64,000 nt of DNA from Roseovarius sp. (lineage in GTDB: Bacteria > Pseudomonadota > Alphaproteobacteria > Rhodobacterales > Rhodobacteraceae). The notes beneath the pieces are model-generated. The model made no database searches. It had not been told where the DNA came from and was given only the letters and a program-made list of their open reading frames with translations. The stretch's first letter is position 1. Every line of letters starts with the position of its first letter. The stretch covers positions 220,113 to 284,112 of the forward strand of contig JBGCEW010000012.1 of assembly GCA_045106595.1 (NCBI GenBank), written 5' to 3'. A program made the translations under genes and the position numbers. Positions 20,232 through 30,700 of the stretch are shown here, one piece after another.

Positions 20232-21233
20232 TTAATCAGCCACTTTCAGCAAACCCATCAAAGTGCTGTTCAACAAATCCGGCGTGTCAATTTGTAAACG
20301 CACAGGCAAGGTGATCACCTTGAGCCGAAACTCGGGCGGCAAGCGCACAGCGTCTTTTTCCGTTGTCACCAATTGAGCGCCCAGCAAAGCTGCCTCTGCC
20401 TCCAGACGGGAAAGCAAAGCCGGGGTCAACGGCTGGTGATCCTCCAGCGGCTCACTGCGCACCAGATCAGCACCCAATGCGCGTAGCGTGTGAAAAAATT
20501 TCTCGGGGTGGCCAATGCCGGCAAAGGCCAGATAACGCCCATCAGCCCAATCCATGCCAGTTTGCAAGGGGGCCAGATGCCCCGTCAGATGCGGCACATC
20601 CTGGCCTGACCCCAAAGTCTGTGCAAACGCCTCTTGTGCCTTGGGCGGACCAATCGACAACAGCACATCGGCGCGTGCCATGCCTGCAGAAACCGGCTCA
20701 CGCAAGGGGCCTGCAGGGATGCAACGACCATTGCCAAATCCTTTGGCGGCATCCACCACGACAATCGAAAGATCCTTGCTCAAACAGGGGTTCTGGTGCC
20801 CGTCGTCCATAACAATCACATCGGCCCCGGCAGCCACCGCAGCCTGTGCCGCAGCAGCACGGTCACGGCCAATCCAAATCCGTGTAAAGGCTGCCAGCAA
20901 CAACGGCTCATCGCCGACATCATTGGCGCTGTGCTGGGTCTCAACCACCTCAACCGGGCCTGTCAGCTGCCCGCCATGACCACGTGACACGACAAAAGCC
21001 TTTTGGCCCATAGCCTGCAGCTGTTGAACCACTGCGATCACCGTGGGTGTCTTGCCTGTGCCACCTGCGTTTATATTGCCCACGCAGATCACCGGCACAT
21101 CCATGCGCTGGCCGGTTTGTCCCGCCAAACGCCGGGCAGTCGCGCGGGCGTAAAGCCATCCTAACGGCCCCAAAAGACGGGCCTTTGGGGAGGGCTGTTG
21201 CGCTGTGGTGTACCAAAAGGACGGCGCGCGCAT
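20232..21233 (-). CDS. lpxK: tetraacyldisaccharide 4'-kinase
   Basis: [62 protein letters not shown]. Confidence 0.95.
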   Translation of the reverse strand: MRAPSFWYTTAQQPSPKARLLGPLGWLYARATARRLAGQTGQRMDVPVICVGNINAGGTGKTPTVIAVVQQLQAMGQKAFVVSRGHGGQLTGPVEVVETQHSANDVGDEPLLLAAFTRIWIGRDRAAAAQAAVAAGADVIVMDDGHQNPCLSKDLSIVVVDAAKGFGNGRCIPAGPLREPVSAGMARADVLLSIGPPKAQEAFAQTLGSGQDVPHLTGHLAPLQTGMDWADGRYLAFAGIGHPEKFFHTLRALGADLVRSEPLEDHQPLTPALLSRLEAEAALLGAQLVTTEKDAVRLPPEFRLKVITLPVRLQIDTPDLLNSTLMGLLKVAD

Positions 21234-22450
21234 TATCCCGCCTCCGCCAGATCAAGCGTATCTTGCAGCAAATCCAGTATGCGGTCTGTCACCTCGGCAC
21301 CTTGCGAGGTGACGTCCCAGGCCGCATGGATCATGGCCGCAGCCCGGTCCGGGGCAATCAAACCCTGAACAGCCGCTGCCAACGTATCGGCATCCCGCAC
21401 GATCCGTGCCGCACGGGCCTCGGCAAAGCGCGAGTATTCGGCCATGAACCCGCGCACATTCGGCCCATAAAGTATCGCAGTGCCGTGCACCGCGGCCTCA
21501 TTCGGATTGCAGCCCTGCATCCCCTGACGCAGTGAATGACCCAGAAAGCTGATCGGTGATAGCCTGTACCAAAGACCCAGATCATCACGGCCATCAGTCA
21601 GAATGATCTGCGTTGTGTCCTGAGGCATATCGCCATCCGGCCAGGTGATATAGGCAACCTCTTCGGCCTCGATCCGGGCGCGCATGGCGGCGTGATCCGC
21701 TGCATCATACGGCACAATGATCAACAAGGACCGGTGCGCAAGGCGGCTGACGGCACGGCGCGCCTCAAGGATGACATCCAGCTCTTGCAGGTGCAGATCA
21801 GCGGCCATCCACAAAGGATGACCCCGCAATGCATTGGCCATATCTTCGCGCTCGCGCTCGTCATAAGGCAAGGGCATGGCCTCGGGGTTCAAAGTTGACG
21901 TGACGATGATATCGGCATCGGGCACGCCAATGCGACGCAGTGCGCGGGCGGTGTCCTCATTCTGAACCTGAATTTGTGCGAACATATCCATCAGGGATCG
22001 GGGTAAATCGGGAAACCAGCGCCAGCCCGAGCGCGCCAATTGCTCTTCTTCGGCATCCAGCAGGAACAGCGGAATGCTGCGCGCATCGGCCCGGCTGAGC
22101 AATGCAGGGCGCAGATCACCGCCCGTCCACAGGCAAATATCCGGGCGCCAGTGATTCAGAAAACTGTCTGCGCCAACAACGGTATCAGCCCCAAGAACCT
22201 GATGAATACATCCCAAAGGCATGTCACCCGCCAGATCAACCTCGGGCGCGGAGGTCAGCAAAAGGCGAACGCCGGGGCGTTGCTGGGCCAGCCGATCTAC
22301 GATCTGGCGCAAGGCAGCGGCACGGTTGGCATCCGTTGCATGACCCCAGATCAGCTCGCCTTTGGGGCGCGCTGTGGCAGGCGGGTCAGGTGCCTGAATG
22401 GCCCGGCCCGCATATGCCATATACGCCTTGAGGCTAAGTGATCGGGCCAA
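21233..22450 (-). CDS. Kdo transferase WaaA/KdtA-like protein (divergent)
   Basis: [14 protein letters not shown]...W...DLRP, LWMAA, LIIVP, SFLGHSL...GCNPNEAA...ILYGPN; coupled to lpxK; TTG start estimated. Confidence 0.75.
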   Translation of the reverse strand: MARSLSLKAYMAYAGRAIQAPDPPATARPKGELIWGHATDANRAAALRQIVDRLAQQRPGVRLLLTSAPEVDLAGDMPLGCIHQVLGADTVVGADSFLNHWRPDICLWTGGDLRPALLSRADARSIPLFLLDAEEEQLARSGWRWFPDLPRSLMDMFAQIQVQNEDTARALRRIGVPDADIIVTSTLNPEAMPLPYDEREREDMANALRGHPLWMAADLHLQELDVILEARRAVSRLAHRSLLIIVPYDAADHAAMRARIEAEEVAYITWPDGDMPQDTTQIILTDGRDDLGLWYRLSPISFLGHSLRQGMQGCNPNEAAVHGTAILYGPNVRGFMAEYSRFAEARAARIVRDADTLAAAVQGLIAPDRAAAMIHAAWDVTSQGAEVTDRILDLLQDTLDLAEAG

Positions 22451-22589
22451 AACGAAGCTTTCGGTGCTGGTGTCAAACTGCGCGCAGGGTATTGCATTGC
22501 CGGGCAGGGTCAAGCCGGGGTGGGGCTTGACGGGCAGGTCGGCACAAGGCAACCAGTTATGGTTTCTTATTGATGACAGGCAGCCTGAC

Positions 22590-23333
22590 GTGACCAAGCC
22601 CTTTTTGATCCTGCAACTGCGCCCCGAAACCGAGGCGTCAGATGATGAATACGCCGCCATCCTGCGCAAAGGCGGGCTGCGCGCCGATCAGACCCATCGC
22701 ATCCGGCTGGATCAGCAGCCTCTGCCCAAGGGGCTGGACTTGAATGACTATTCCGGTGTGATCGTCGGGGGCGGGCCCGGCTGCGTCAGTGACCCGCCCG
22801 AGGACAAAACCCCGGTGGAGGCAAAGATCGAAGCAGCCGTTTTGTCGCTGATGCCGCAAGTCACCGAAAACGATTTGCCATTTATGGGGTGCTGTTACGG
22901 GATTGGCATTCTGGGCAAGCACCTGCAAGGGAACGTCAGCAAGGCGCAATATGGTGAACCGGTTGGCACGGCTGATTGCATCGTCCTGCCCGGCGCGCTG
23001 GATGATCCATTGCTGCAAGGTGTGCCAGAAACATTTGAGGCCTTCGTCGGCCACAAAGAAGCACTACAGGCTTTGCCCGACGGATGCGTTCATCTGGTGG
23101 CATCAGACAGCTGCCCGTTTCAGATGATCCGCTATGGTGACAACGTCTATGCAACGCAATTTCATCCCGAAGCCGATGGTGCCGGGTTTGAAACCCGGAT
23201 CAACATCTACAAGCATCGCGGCTATTTCCCACCAGAACAGGCAGACAGCCTGATCGCCATGTGCCGCGCGGCCGACGTTGATGCACCCCAGCGTATCTTG
23301 CGAAATTTTGTAAAGCGTTACGCGCGGGCTTGA
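22590..23333 (+). CDS. class I glutamine amidotransferase (GMP-synthase-like)
   Basis: GVIVGGGP, FMGCCYGIG nucleophile elbow, VGHKE, ATQFHPE; GTG start. Confidence 0.88.
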   Translation: MTKPFLILQLRPETEASDDEYAAILRKGGLRADQTHRIRLDQQPLPKGLDLNDYSGVIVGGGPGCVSDPPEDKTPVEAKIEAAVLSLMPQVTENDLPFMGCCYGIGILGKHLQGNVSKAQYGEPVGTADCIVLPGALDDPLLQGVPETFEAFVGHKEALQALPDGCVHLVASDSCPFQMIRYGDNVYATQFHPEADGAGFETRINIYKHRGYFPPEQADSLIAMCRAADVDAPQRILRNFVKRYARA

Positions 23334-23819
23334 TCAGCGCCTGCTGGGGCTGCAAGGCCCACCAGATATGCATTGTGTCACCTGGCGCAGCATTTCGGGC
23401 GTGGGTCGCGCAAAGCCAAATCTGCCACAGGGGTCAGCTGCATATGTATATTCCGTTACGTCCTTGCGCAAAAACAACAGGTATTCCTCGCCCGAGGACG
23501 CCCCGGCACACCACGGTCCAAAGCAGGCCACATCAAGGGTGATATCGCGATCAAAGGCGTTGATAAAACCAGCCTGCGATAGTGATTTCCCACTGAAATG
23601 CGCTTTTATCCTGGTGCTGGGCGGGCTGTCATTGCCAATGGCTTTGGGCAACAGGCCTTGGTTGAAACGCAGCGTGCCATGCACCACGATATAGCGCTCC
23701 TCCGCCTCGGCGGCAGTGCCATAACTGGCCACAACATCAGGCGGCAAACACGACAGTGACAGCACCGGGCTGGCCAATGTCATCAACCCCGCAGCAAGTA
23801 TGGAAATACGTTTGATTAT
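23334..23819 (-). CDS. exported Cys-rich hypothetical protein; probable ATA start at 23819 (first ATG 23786)
   Basis: In-frame extension [21 protein letters not shown] completes a signal peptide; mature part begins LSCLPP; 6 Cys. Confidence 0.65.
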   Translation of the reverse strand: MIKRISILAAGLMTLASPVLSLSCLPPDVVASYGTAAEAEERYIVVHGTLRFNQGLLPKAIGNDSPPSTRIKAHFSGKSLSQAGFINAFDRDITLDVACFGPWCAGASSGEEYLLFLRKDVTEYTYAADPCGRFGFARPTPEMLRQVTQCISGGPCSPSRR

Positions 23820-24301
23820 GTCAGATACTCCTGAAACTCGCTCAGCACCTGCGCGTAAACCGTGCGCTTGAACGGGACAATGCTGGCCACCAGTTCAGCC
23901 TGAGGCAACCAGCGCCATTGGCTGAACTCGGGCTCGGCGGTGGCGATGTTCACATCAGCATCACTGCCCTGAAAGCGCATCAAAAACCACTTCTGTTCTT
24001 GGCCGCGATAACGCCCCTTCCACAGCTTTGGCACCAAATCATGGGGCAGATCATACGGCACCCAGCCCTTGGTTTCCGCCTCGATGTGCACCAATTCAGC
24101 AACCACGCCAGTTTCCTCCCACAATTCGCGCAAAGCAGCGTCACGCGGGTCTTCGCCGGGATCGATGCCACCTTGCGGCATTTGCCAGGCTTGGGTTTGG
24201 TTGTCGCGGCGCTGGCCAACAAAAACCTGCTGGTCTGCATTCACCAACATCACACCAGCACAAGGCCGATATGGAAGCTTCGCAATCTCTTCGGGGGTCA
24301 T
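23816..24301 (-). CDS. rppH: RNA pyrophosphohydrolase (Nudix)
   Basis: [20 protein letters not shown], Nudix [28 protein letters not shown]. Confidence 0.93.
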   Translation of the reverse strand: MTPEEIAKLPYRPCAGVMLVNADQQVFVGQRRDNQTQAWQMPQGGIDPGEDPRDAALRELWEETGVVAELVHIEAETKGWVPYDLPHDLVPKLWKGRYRGQEQKWFLMRFQGSDADVNIATAEPEFSQWRWLPQAELVASIVPFKRTVYAQVLSEFQEYLT

Positions 24302-24542
24302 TTTGGCCTCATTTCTTTGTATTAGAGATGTGTTCTTTTGCGGCATAGGTCAACCACCGCCCCAAAGATGAACATCCAATAAGTTTCGGATTATCGGGAA
24401 ACATTTTCAGGAATCCCGAATACATCAGAAAAAAGTCGCAGATCGCAAGATTCTACCCTAATGATCAGGCGGCATACCGGAGTACTTCTGGCAGGGTTCC
24501 CAATCCTGACCTAAGGTATGACGACAGACATAAGGACGCCAG

Positions 24543-27371
24543 ATGACATTCCAGCAACCCCAAGTTGATACCAGCCCCAAAGTCTCGGACGAGGTGCGCA
24601 AGACCACCTGTTACATGTGCGCCTGCCGCTGTGGCATCAACGTGCACATGAAGGACGGCAAGGTCGCCTATATCGAGGGCAACCGCGATCATCCGGTGAA
24701 CAAGGGTGTGCTGTGTGCCAAGGGCAGTGCCGGGATCATGCAGGTCAATGCGCCCTCGCGCCTGAAGGCCCCGTTGAAACGGGTTGGACCGCGCGGATCG
24801 GGCGAGTTTGAGGAAATCAGCTGGGACGAAGCGTTGGAGATGGCCACCGGCTGGCTGGAACCGATCCGTCAAGACAACCCCGAGAAACTGGCGTTTTTCA
24901 CCGGCCGCGATCAGTCACAGAGCTTCACCAGCTTCTGGGCACAGAACTTTGGCACGCCGAACTATGCAGCCCACGGCGGGTTTTGCTCGGTCAACATGGC
25001 GGCGGCGGGCATCTACACGATGGGCGGCGCGTTCTGGGAGTTTGGCCAGCCCGATTGGGATCACACCAAGCTATTCATGATCTTTGGCGTAGCTGAAGAT
25101 CACGACAGCAACCCCATCAAGATGGGCATTGGCAAGATCAAAGCGCGCGGCGCCAAGGTGATTGGCGTGAACCCCATTCGCTCGGGCTATAACGCTGTGG
25201 CGGATGACTGGGTTGGCATCACGCCGGGCACCGATGGCTTGTTCATCCTCGCGCTGGTGCATGAGTTGCTGAAGGCTGGCAAGATTGATCTGGAGTATCT
25301 TGCCAATTACACCAACGCCTCTGTGCTGGTGAACCGCGACAGCAAGTCGCCCGAATATGGCCTGTTCCTGCGCGATGAGGATGGCAAGCCCTTGGTGGTG
25401 GACCGGGTCACAGGCAAGCTGATGGCGTTCGATACCCCCGGTGTCAAACCTGACCTGAACGGCAGCCACCGCGCGGCTGGTATCACGCACCGGCCTGTCA
25501 TGCACCTGCTGGCCTCGCGCTATCTGGATAAACAATACGCGCCCGAGGCTGTGGCAGAACGCTGTGGCATCAAGGCTGAGAAGATCAAAGCGATTGCCGC
25601 CGAACTGGCCCGCGTCGCCTTTGAAGAAGAAATCGTGCTTGAGCGCGAATGGACCGACTTCCGCGGCCAGAAGCACACCACCATGAAGGGCCGTCCGGTC
25701 AGCTTTCACTCCATGCGGGGCATCTCGGCGCACTCAAACGGCTTTCAGACCTGCCGCTCGCTGCACATGCTACAAATCTTGCTGGGCTCGGTTGAAACAC
25801 CCGGCGGGTTCCGGTTCAAACCGCCCTACCCCAAGCCCGTGTCCGCGCACCCGGCACCGCACTTCAAGGTTACCCCGGGCAAGCCGCTGGATGGCCCGCA
25901 CCTTGGCTTTGTGCGCGGCCCCGAAGGTCTGGCGCTGAAAGAAGACGGCACCCCTGCGCGCATCGACAAGGCGTTCACCTGGGAAAACCCGATGTCGTCG
26001 CATGGCATGATGCATATGGTGATTTCCAACGCCCATGCTGGTGACCCCTACAAGATAGACACGCTGTTCATGTATATGGCGAACATGTCGTGGAACTCGT
26101 CGATGAACACATCGGGCGTGCATCACATGCTGACCGACACGGATGAGAACGGCGATTACAAAATTCCGCATATCATCTATTCCGATGCCTATTCGTCCGA
26201 GATGGTCGCCTATGCCGATCTGATCTTGCCTGACACGACATATCTGGAACGGCATGATTGCATCAGCCTGCTGGATCGCCCCATTTGCGAGGCAGACGGC
26301 GCTGCCGATGCCATCCGCTGGCCGGTGATTGAGCCCGACCGCGATGTGCGCGGGTTCCAGACCGTGCTGGTGCAACTGGCCAACAAGATGAAGCTGCCGG
26401 GCTTCACCAACGAAGATGGCAGCGCAAAGTACCAAGACTATGCTGACTACATCACCAACCACGAGCGCAAGCCTGGCATCGGGCCTTTGGCGGGCTGGCG
26501 GCTGGGCAAGAACGGCCTGACCCATGGGCGTGGCGAACCAAACGGATCGCAGCTGAAAAGCTATATCGCCAACGGTGGGTTTTTTGTGAAACATGTCCCC
26601 GAAGAAGGCTCGTATATGAAGCCTTGGAACATGGATTACCAAAACTGGGCGGTGGAACTGGGCCTCTATGACAGCCCGCAACCCTATATCTTTGATCTCT
26701 ATGTCGAAACGATGCGCCACTTCCAACTGGCCGCCGAAGGGCACGGCGAACATCAACCGCCCGATCATCTGCGCGAGCGGATCAAGCACACGCTGGATCC
26801 TTTGCCGATCTGGTATCCTCCGTTTGAGGACGACAACGTGGATACCGGCGAATACGACGTGCACGCCCTGACGCAACGCCCCATGGCGATGTATCACAGC
26901 TGGGGCACACAGAACGCGTGGCTGCGTCAAATCCACGGGCACAACCCTTTGTACCTGCCGACAAAGCTGTGGGAGAAGCATGGCTTTTCGGATGGCGACT
27001 GGGCCGAGGTAAAATCGGTCCATGGCGCGATCACCGTGCCGGTGGCCCACATGGCCGCGCTGAACGAAAACACCGTCTGGACATGGAATGCCATCGGCAA
27101 ACGCAAAGGCGCCTGGGCACTCAAGGACGATGCGCCCGAGGCCACCAAAGGGTTCCTGCTGAACCACCTGATCCACGAATTGCTGCCCCCCAAAGGGGAC
27201 GGATTGCGATGGTCCAACTCGGACCCGGTGACAGGCCAAGCTGCATGGTTCGACCTGCGCGTGAAAATCGCCAAGGTCGACGCCCCGGCGGAAAGCCAGC
27301 CTGCAATGGCCCCGATCAAATCGCCCGTGGGCCAAGGCCCCGATGAATTGACCTGGAAGGTGGGGAAATAA
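24543..27371 (+). CDS. soeA: sulfite:quinone oxidoreductase molybdopterin subunit
   Basis: TTCYMCACRCG...C FeS motif, no Tat signal, HGGFCSVN, MRGISAHSNGF, molybdopterin-dinucleotide C-terminal domain; soeABC order. Confidence 0.85.
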   Translation: MTFQQPQVDTSPKVSDEVRKTTCYMCACRCGINVHMKDGKVAYIEGNRDHPVNKGVLCAKGSAGIMQVNAPSRLKAPLKRVGPRGSGEFEEISWDEALEMATGWLEPIRQDNPEKLAFFTGRDQSQSFTSFWAQNFGTPNYAAHGGFCSVNMAAAGIYTMGGAFWEFGQPDWDHTKLFMIFGVAEDHDSNPIKMGIGKIKARGAKVIGVNPIRSGYNAVADDWVGITPGTDGLFILALVHELLKAGKIDLEYLANYTNASVLVNRDSKSPEYGLFLRDEDGKPLVVDRVTGKLMAFDTPGVKPDLNGSHRAAGITHRPVMHLLASRYLDKQYAPEAVAERCGIKAEKIKAIAAELARVAFEEEIVLEREWTDFRGQKHTTMKGRPVSFHSMRGISAHSNGFQTCRSLHMLQILLGSVETPGGFRFKPPYPKPVSAHPAPHFKVTPGKPLDGPHLGFVRGPEGLALKEDGTPARIDKAFTWENPMSSHGMMHMVISNAHAGDPYKIDTLFMYMANMSWNSSMNTSGVHHMLTDTDENGDYKIPHIIYSDAYSSEMVAYADLILPDTTYLERHDCISLLDRPICEADGAADAIRWPVIEPDRDVRGFQTVLVQLANKMKLPGFTNEDGSAKYQDYADYITNHERKPGIGPLAGWRLGKNGLTHGRGEPNGSQLKSYIANGGFFVKHVPEEGSYMKPWNMDYQNWAVELGLYDSPQPYIFDLYVETMRHFQLAAEGHGEHQPPDHLRERIKHTLDPLPIWYPPFEDDNVDTGEYDVHALTQRPMAMYHSWGTQNAWLRQIHGHNPLYLPTKLWEKHGFSDGDWAEVKSVHGAITVPVAHMAALNENTVWTWNAIGKRKGAWALKDDAPEATKGFLLNHLIHELLPPKGDGLRWSNSDPVTGQAAWFDLRVKIAKVDAPAESQPAMAPIKSPVGQGPDELTWKVGK

Positions 27372-27526
27372 TGACCCCAAACAAACGCATTCTGCTGGCC
27401 ATCGCGGCCTTCGTGACCCTGACCGTGGGCACCTTTGTCTGGTTTATCGCCAGCTGGGACCCCGCCAAAAAGCAAAGCCTGACGGGCTTGCCTGTAGACA
27501 TCCAACAAACGGAGCGCCTGTCATGA
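27371..27526 (+). CDS. 51-aa single-TM protein between soeA and soeB (absent from supplied ORF track)
   Basis: TAATG overlap with soeA stop and ATGA overlap with soeB start; MTPNKRILLAIAAFVTLTVGTFVWFIASWDPAKKQSLTGLPVDIQQTERLS. Confidence 0.7.
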   Translation: MTPNKRILLAIAAFVTLTVGTFVWFIASWDPAKKQSLTGLPVDIQQTERLS

Positions 27527-28266
27527 CGACGCTACCTGAAACCACCCAGAAGAAACTGGGCCTTGTGATTGATCTGGACACTTGCGTGGGCTGCCATGCC
27601 TGCGTGGTGTCATGCAAAGGCTGGAACACCGAAAACTACGGCGCGCCATTGTCTGATCAGGACCCATACGGCACGCCCTCGGGGACGTTCCTGAACCGGG
27701 TGCACTCCTATGAGGTGCAACCCGATGAGGGCGCCGCCCAGCTGATCCACTTCCCCAAGTCCTGCCTGCATTGCGAGGATGCACCATGCGTGACGGTCTG
27801 CCCTACCGGGGCCAGCTATAAGCGCGTGGAAGACGGTATTGTGCTGGTCAACGAAAGCGACTGCATCGGTTGCGGGCTGTGCGCCTGGGCCTGTCCCTAC
27901 GGCGCGCGCGAGTTGGATCAGGCCGAAGGCGTTATGAAGAAATGTACGCTGTGTGTGGACCGGATTTACAACGAAAACCTGCCCGAGGAAGACCGGGTGC
28001 CTGCTTGTGTGCGCACCTGTCCGTCCAATGCGCGGCACTTTGGTGATCTGGGTGATCCAGATAGCGACGTCAGCCAGCTGGTGGCCGAGCGCGGCGGGAT
28101 GGATCTGATGCCAGAGCAAGGCACCAAACCTGTGAACAAATACCTGCCACCACGGCCCAAAGATCAGATGGACCAGATTGATATTCTGGCCCCCCTTCTG
28201 GAACCTGTCGCCGAAGAGCCCAAAGGCTTCCTCAACTGGCTTGATAAAGCACTGGAGAAAATCTGA
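27523..28266 (+). CDS. soeB: 4Fe-4S ferredoxin subunit of sulfite oxidoreductase
   Basis: CVGCHACVVSC, CLHCEDAPCVTVCP, CIGCGLCAWACP, KKCTLC...CVRTCP. Confidence 0.88.
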   Translation: MTTLPETTQKKLGLVIDLDTCVGCHACVVSCKGWNTENYGAPLSDQDPYGTPSGTFLNRVHSYEVQPDEGAAQLIHFPKSCLHCEDAPCVTVCPTGASYKRVEDGIVLVNESDCIGCGLCAWACPYGARELDQAEGVMKKCTLCVDRIYNENLPEEDRVPACVRTCPSNARHFGDLGDPDSDVSQLVAERGGMDLMPEQGTKPVNKYLPPRPKDQMDQIDILAPLLEPVAEEPKGFLNWLDKALEKI

Positions 28267-29138
28267 TGCATCCCGCACCGTCCGTTATCGTTTTCACCAC
28301 CCTGTCGGGCATTGGGTTTGGTCTGCTGTTTTGGCTGGGTCTTGGATTTCCGGCGACCACCGGCTGGAGCGCGTTTGCGTTTTTTGCCATCGCCTATGTG
28401 TTGGCCGTGGGCGGGTTGATTTCGTCTACGTTCCACCTGGGACGCCCCGAACGTGCCGTCAAGGCGTTCAGCCAATGGCGCAGCTCGTGGTTAAGCCGTG
28501 AAGGTGTGGCCGCTGTGGCCGCGCTGGTGATCATGGCGCTGTTTGGGGCAGGCCTTGTGTTTATGAGCACCAGCTGGACTGTGCTGGGCTGGATCGGTGC
28601 GCTTCTGTCCCTGGCAGTGGTCTATTGCACGGCAATGATCTACGGCCAGCTGAACACAGTGCCGCGCTGGAAACAGCCTTTGACGCCATTGTTGCTGGTG
28701 GCAATCTCACTGGCCGGTGGCGCATTGCTGGCGGGACAAGTGAAGTTTGCATTGATCCTTTTGCCAGCGGCAGCGCTGGTACAAATCCTGTGGTGGGTCA
28801 TGGGCGACAAAGCGCTGGCTGAAAGCGGGACAAACATGGCAACGGCCACGGGTCTGGGAAATGTGGGCCAGGTGCGCGCGTTCGAGCCACCCCATACAGG
28901 CACCAACTACCTGCTGCGTGAATTTGTGCATGTCGTGGGGCGCAAACATGCGCTGAAGTTGCGCGTAATTGCCATGATTTTGGGGTTCGTACTGCCGGTG
29001 ATTTTGCTGCTGTTGCCATTCAACCATGTGTTTGGACTGTTGGCCGTGGCCAGCCATCTTGCGGGCATCGCAGCGTCACGCTGGTTGTTCTTTGCTGAAG
29101 CTGAACATGTGGTGGGGCTGTATTACGGCAAAAGGTAG
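28266..29138 (+). CDS. soeC: DmsC-type membrane anchor subunit
   Basis: MHPAPSVIVFTT, STFHLGRPERA..AFSQWRSSWLSRE, RWLFFAEA; multi-TM. Confidence 0.88.
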   Translation: MHPAPSVIVFTTLSGIGFGLLFWLGLGFPATTGWSAFAFFAIAYVLAVGGLISSTFHLGRPERAVKAFSQWRSSWLSREGVAAVAALVIMALFGAGLVFMSTSWTVLGWIGALLSLAVVYCTAMIYGQLNTVPRWKQPLTPLLLVAISLAGGALLAGQVKFALILLPAAALVQILWWVMGDKALAESGTNMATATGLGNVGQVRAFEPPHTGTNYLLREFVHVVGRKHALKLRVIAMILGFVLPVILLLLPFNHVFGLLAVASHLAGIAASRWLFFAEAEHVVGLYYGKR

Positions 29139-29194
29139 GGCTCTTCCGCCCTGACAGGCGGCCTCGCGAGGCGCGCAGTCAGGCGCGAAGAGCA

Positions 29195-29770
29195 TCAGCC
29201 CCAGCCATCCGTCCATTCATCGAACTTTGGGTTGATCTTGTTCTCACGGAACCGCACCCAGCGCACGCGGATCGCCCAGAAGACAGCAAACATCACTGTC
29301 AGGAAGACGATGTTGAACCATGGAATGATCCGTGTCTCAGGCCCCGCCACGGCACGCACAGAAATCGCGTTGGGATAGATCGACAAAAACTCGTTGCGCC
29401 AGCCGTAGTGCTTGATGGCTGCCCAGGTCGGATCGGCTTTGACAGATTTAAGATCGCCCGACTCGGCCTGCAAATTGGCCGTATCGAACTTGAAATACGG
29501 CGGCCAGCCCCAGCCGGTGTCTTCGTTGCGATAGACCATCACCCGGTCATTGGTCTGCACGGTCTGGATAAAAAACACATCCCGGTTCGCTGTTCCTTCC
29601 AGCTCGCCCGTGCCTTGGTTGGCCCAGAAGATCGAGTTTTCGCCAAAATCCACGCGCTTCTCATAGGTGTCCGAGATGCGCACGATATCATGCTGCGGCA
29701 GGGTGTAATGCAGCACCGCAGCGATACTCAAAAAGAGAACGGTCCAGAACAGATATTTAAGATAGACCAT
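29195..29770 (-). CDS. DUF1523 family membrane-anchored protein
   Basis: LHYTLPQHDIVRI, VYRNEDTGWGWPPYFKFD, HYGWR..FLSIYPNA. Confidence 0.8.
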   Translation of the reverse strand: MVYLKYLFWTVLFLSIAAVLHYTLPQHDIVRISDTYEKRVDFGENSIFWANQGTGELEGTANRDVFFIQTVQTNDRVMVYRNEDTGWGWPPYFKFDTANLQAESGDLKSVKADPTWAAIKHYGWRNEFLSIYPNAISVRAVAGPETRIIPWFNIVFLTVMFAVFWAIRVRWVRFRENKINPKFDEWTDGWG

Positions 29771-29881
29771 CTGGCGCTCCTGTTTGGTGGACAAAGGTTC
29801 AAGCGGATTTGATCCGATTGTCCGGCAATACATGTTATCAAGGCTACACAACACAAATACAACCAATTGGGAGGCAAGATA

Positions 29882-30697
29882 ATGTGTGACATCTGCGTAG
29901 TGAATGCGGTGAAGGACAAAATGCTGTCGCGACGTCAGTTTTTTGCAGCAACAGCAGCAGTGGGTACAGCGGCACTAGGGTCAACACTGGGGACGCCGGC
30001 AATGGCCGATGGGCACAGTATGGTCGAGGATCTAACCCACACCTACGGAGCTGACTTCCCAACTTACTTTGGCGCGCCCGGCATTGAAATGACGCAAGAG
30101 TTCAACTTTGCGGAACACGGTTTTAACCTGATGTCGCTGAATGTGAACGAACACACGGGCACGCATATTGATGCGCCTTTGCATTTCTCAGCCGATGGTG
30201 CATCTGTCGATGAGATTCCGGTCAGCTCGCTTGTGGCGCCGCTGTGCGTGATTGATATCGCGGCCAAGGCGGCCGAGAACGCGGATGCGCAGGTCACGCC
30301 CGAGGATTTGAAGGCCTGGATCGCGGCAAACGGTGACATACCCGATGGGGCCTGCGTGGCGATGCATTCCGGCTGGGGCAGCAAAACCGGAGGCGATGGG
30401 TTTCGCAATGCAGATGACGACGGTGTGATGCATTTTCCGGGCTTTCACGTGGACGCGGCCAAGATGCTGATTGAAGAAACCGGCGCAGGCTCAATGGCCA
30501 CGGATTCTCTGTCGCTGGACCATGGGCCGTCCGCCGATTTCGCCACACATTACGCATGGTTGCCATCAGGTCGGTTCGGGATTGAAAACATTGCCAATCT
30601 GGACAAACTGCCAGCGGCGGGAGCAACGATTGTGATCGGCGCACCCAAGCATCGTGGCGGCACGGGTGGGCCTGCACGTATCTTTGCGATGGTCTGA
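29882..30697 (+). CDS. cyclase family (kynurenine formamidase-like) metal-dependent hydrolase with Tat signal
   Basis: EHTGTHIDAPLHF, HFPGF, DSLSLD, IENIANL; SRRQFF twin-arginine. Confidence 0.88.
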   Translation: MCDICVVNAVKDKMLSRRQFFAATAAVGTAALGSTLGTPAMADGHSMVEDLTHTYGADFPTYFGAPGIEMTQEFNFAEHGFNLMSLNVNEHTGTHIDAPLHFSADGASVDEIPVSSLVAPLCVIDIAAKAAENADAQVTPEDLKAWIAANGDIPDGACVAMHSGWGSKTGGDGFRNADDDGVMHFPGFHVDAAKMLIEETGAGSMATDSLSLDHGPSADFATHYAWLPSGRFGIENIANLDKLPAAGATIVIGAPKHRGGTGGPARIFAMV

Positions 30698-30700
30698 CGC

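Noticed and set aside
25770-27380. 536-aa antisense ORF (and 220-aa one at 25071-25733) opposite soeA
   Set aside because: Shadow frame of a GC-rich, codon-biased gene; no motifs
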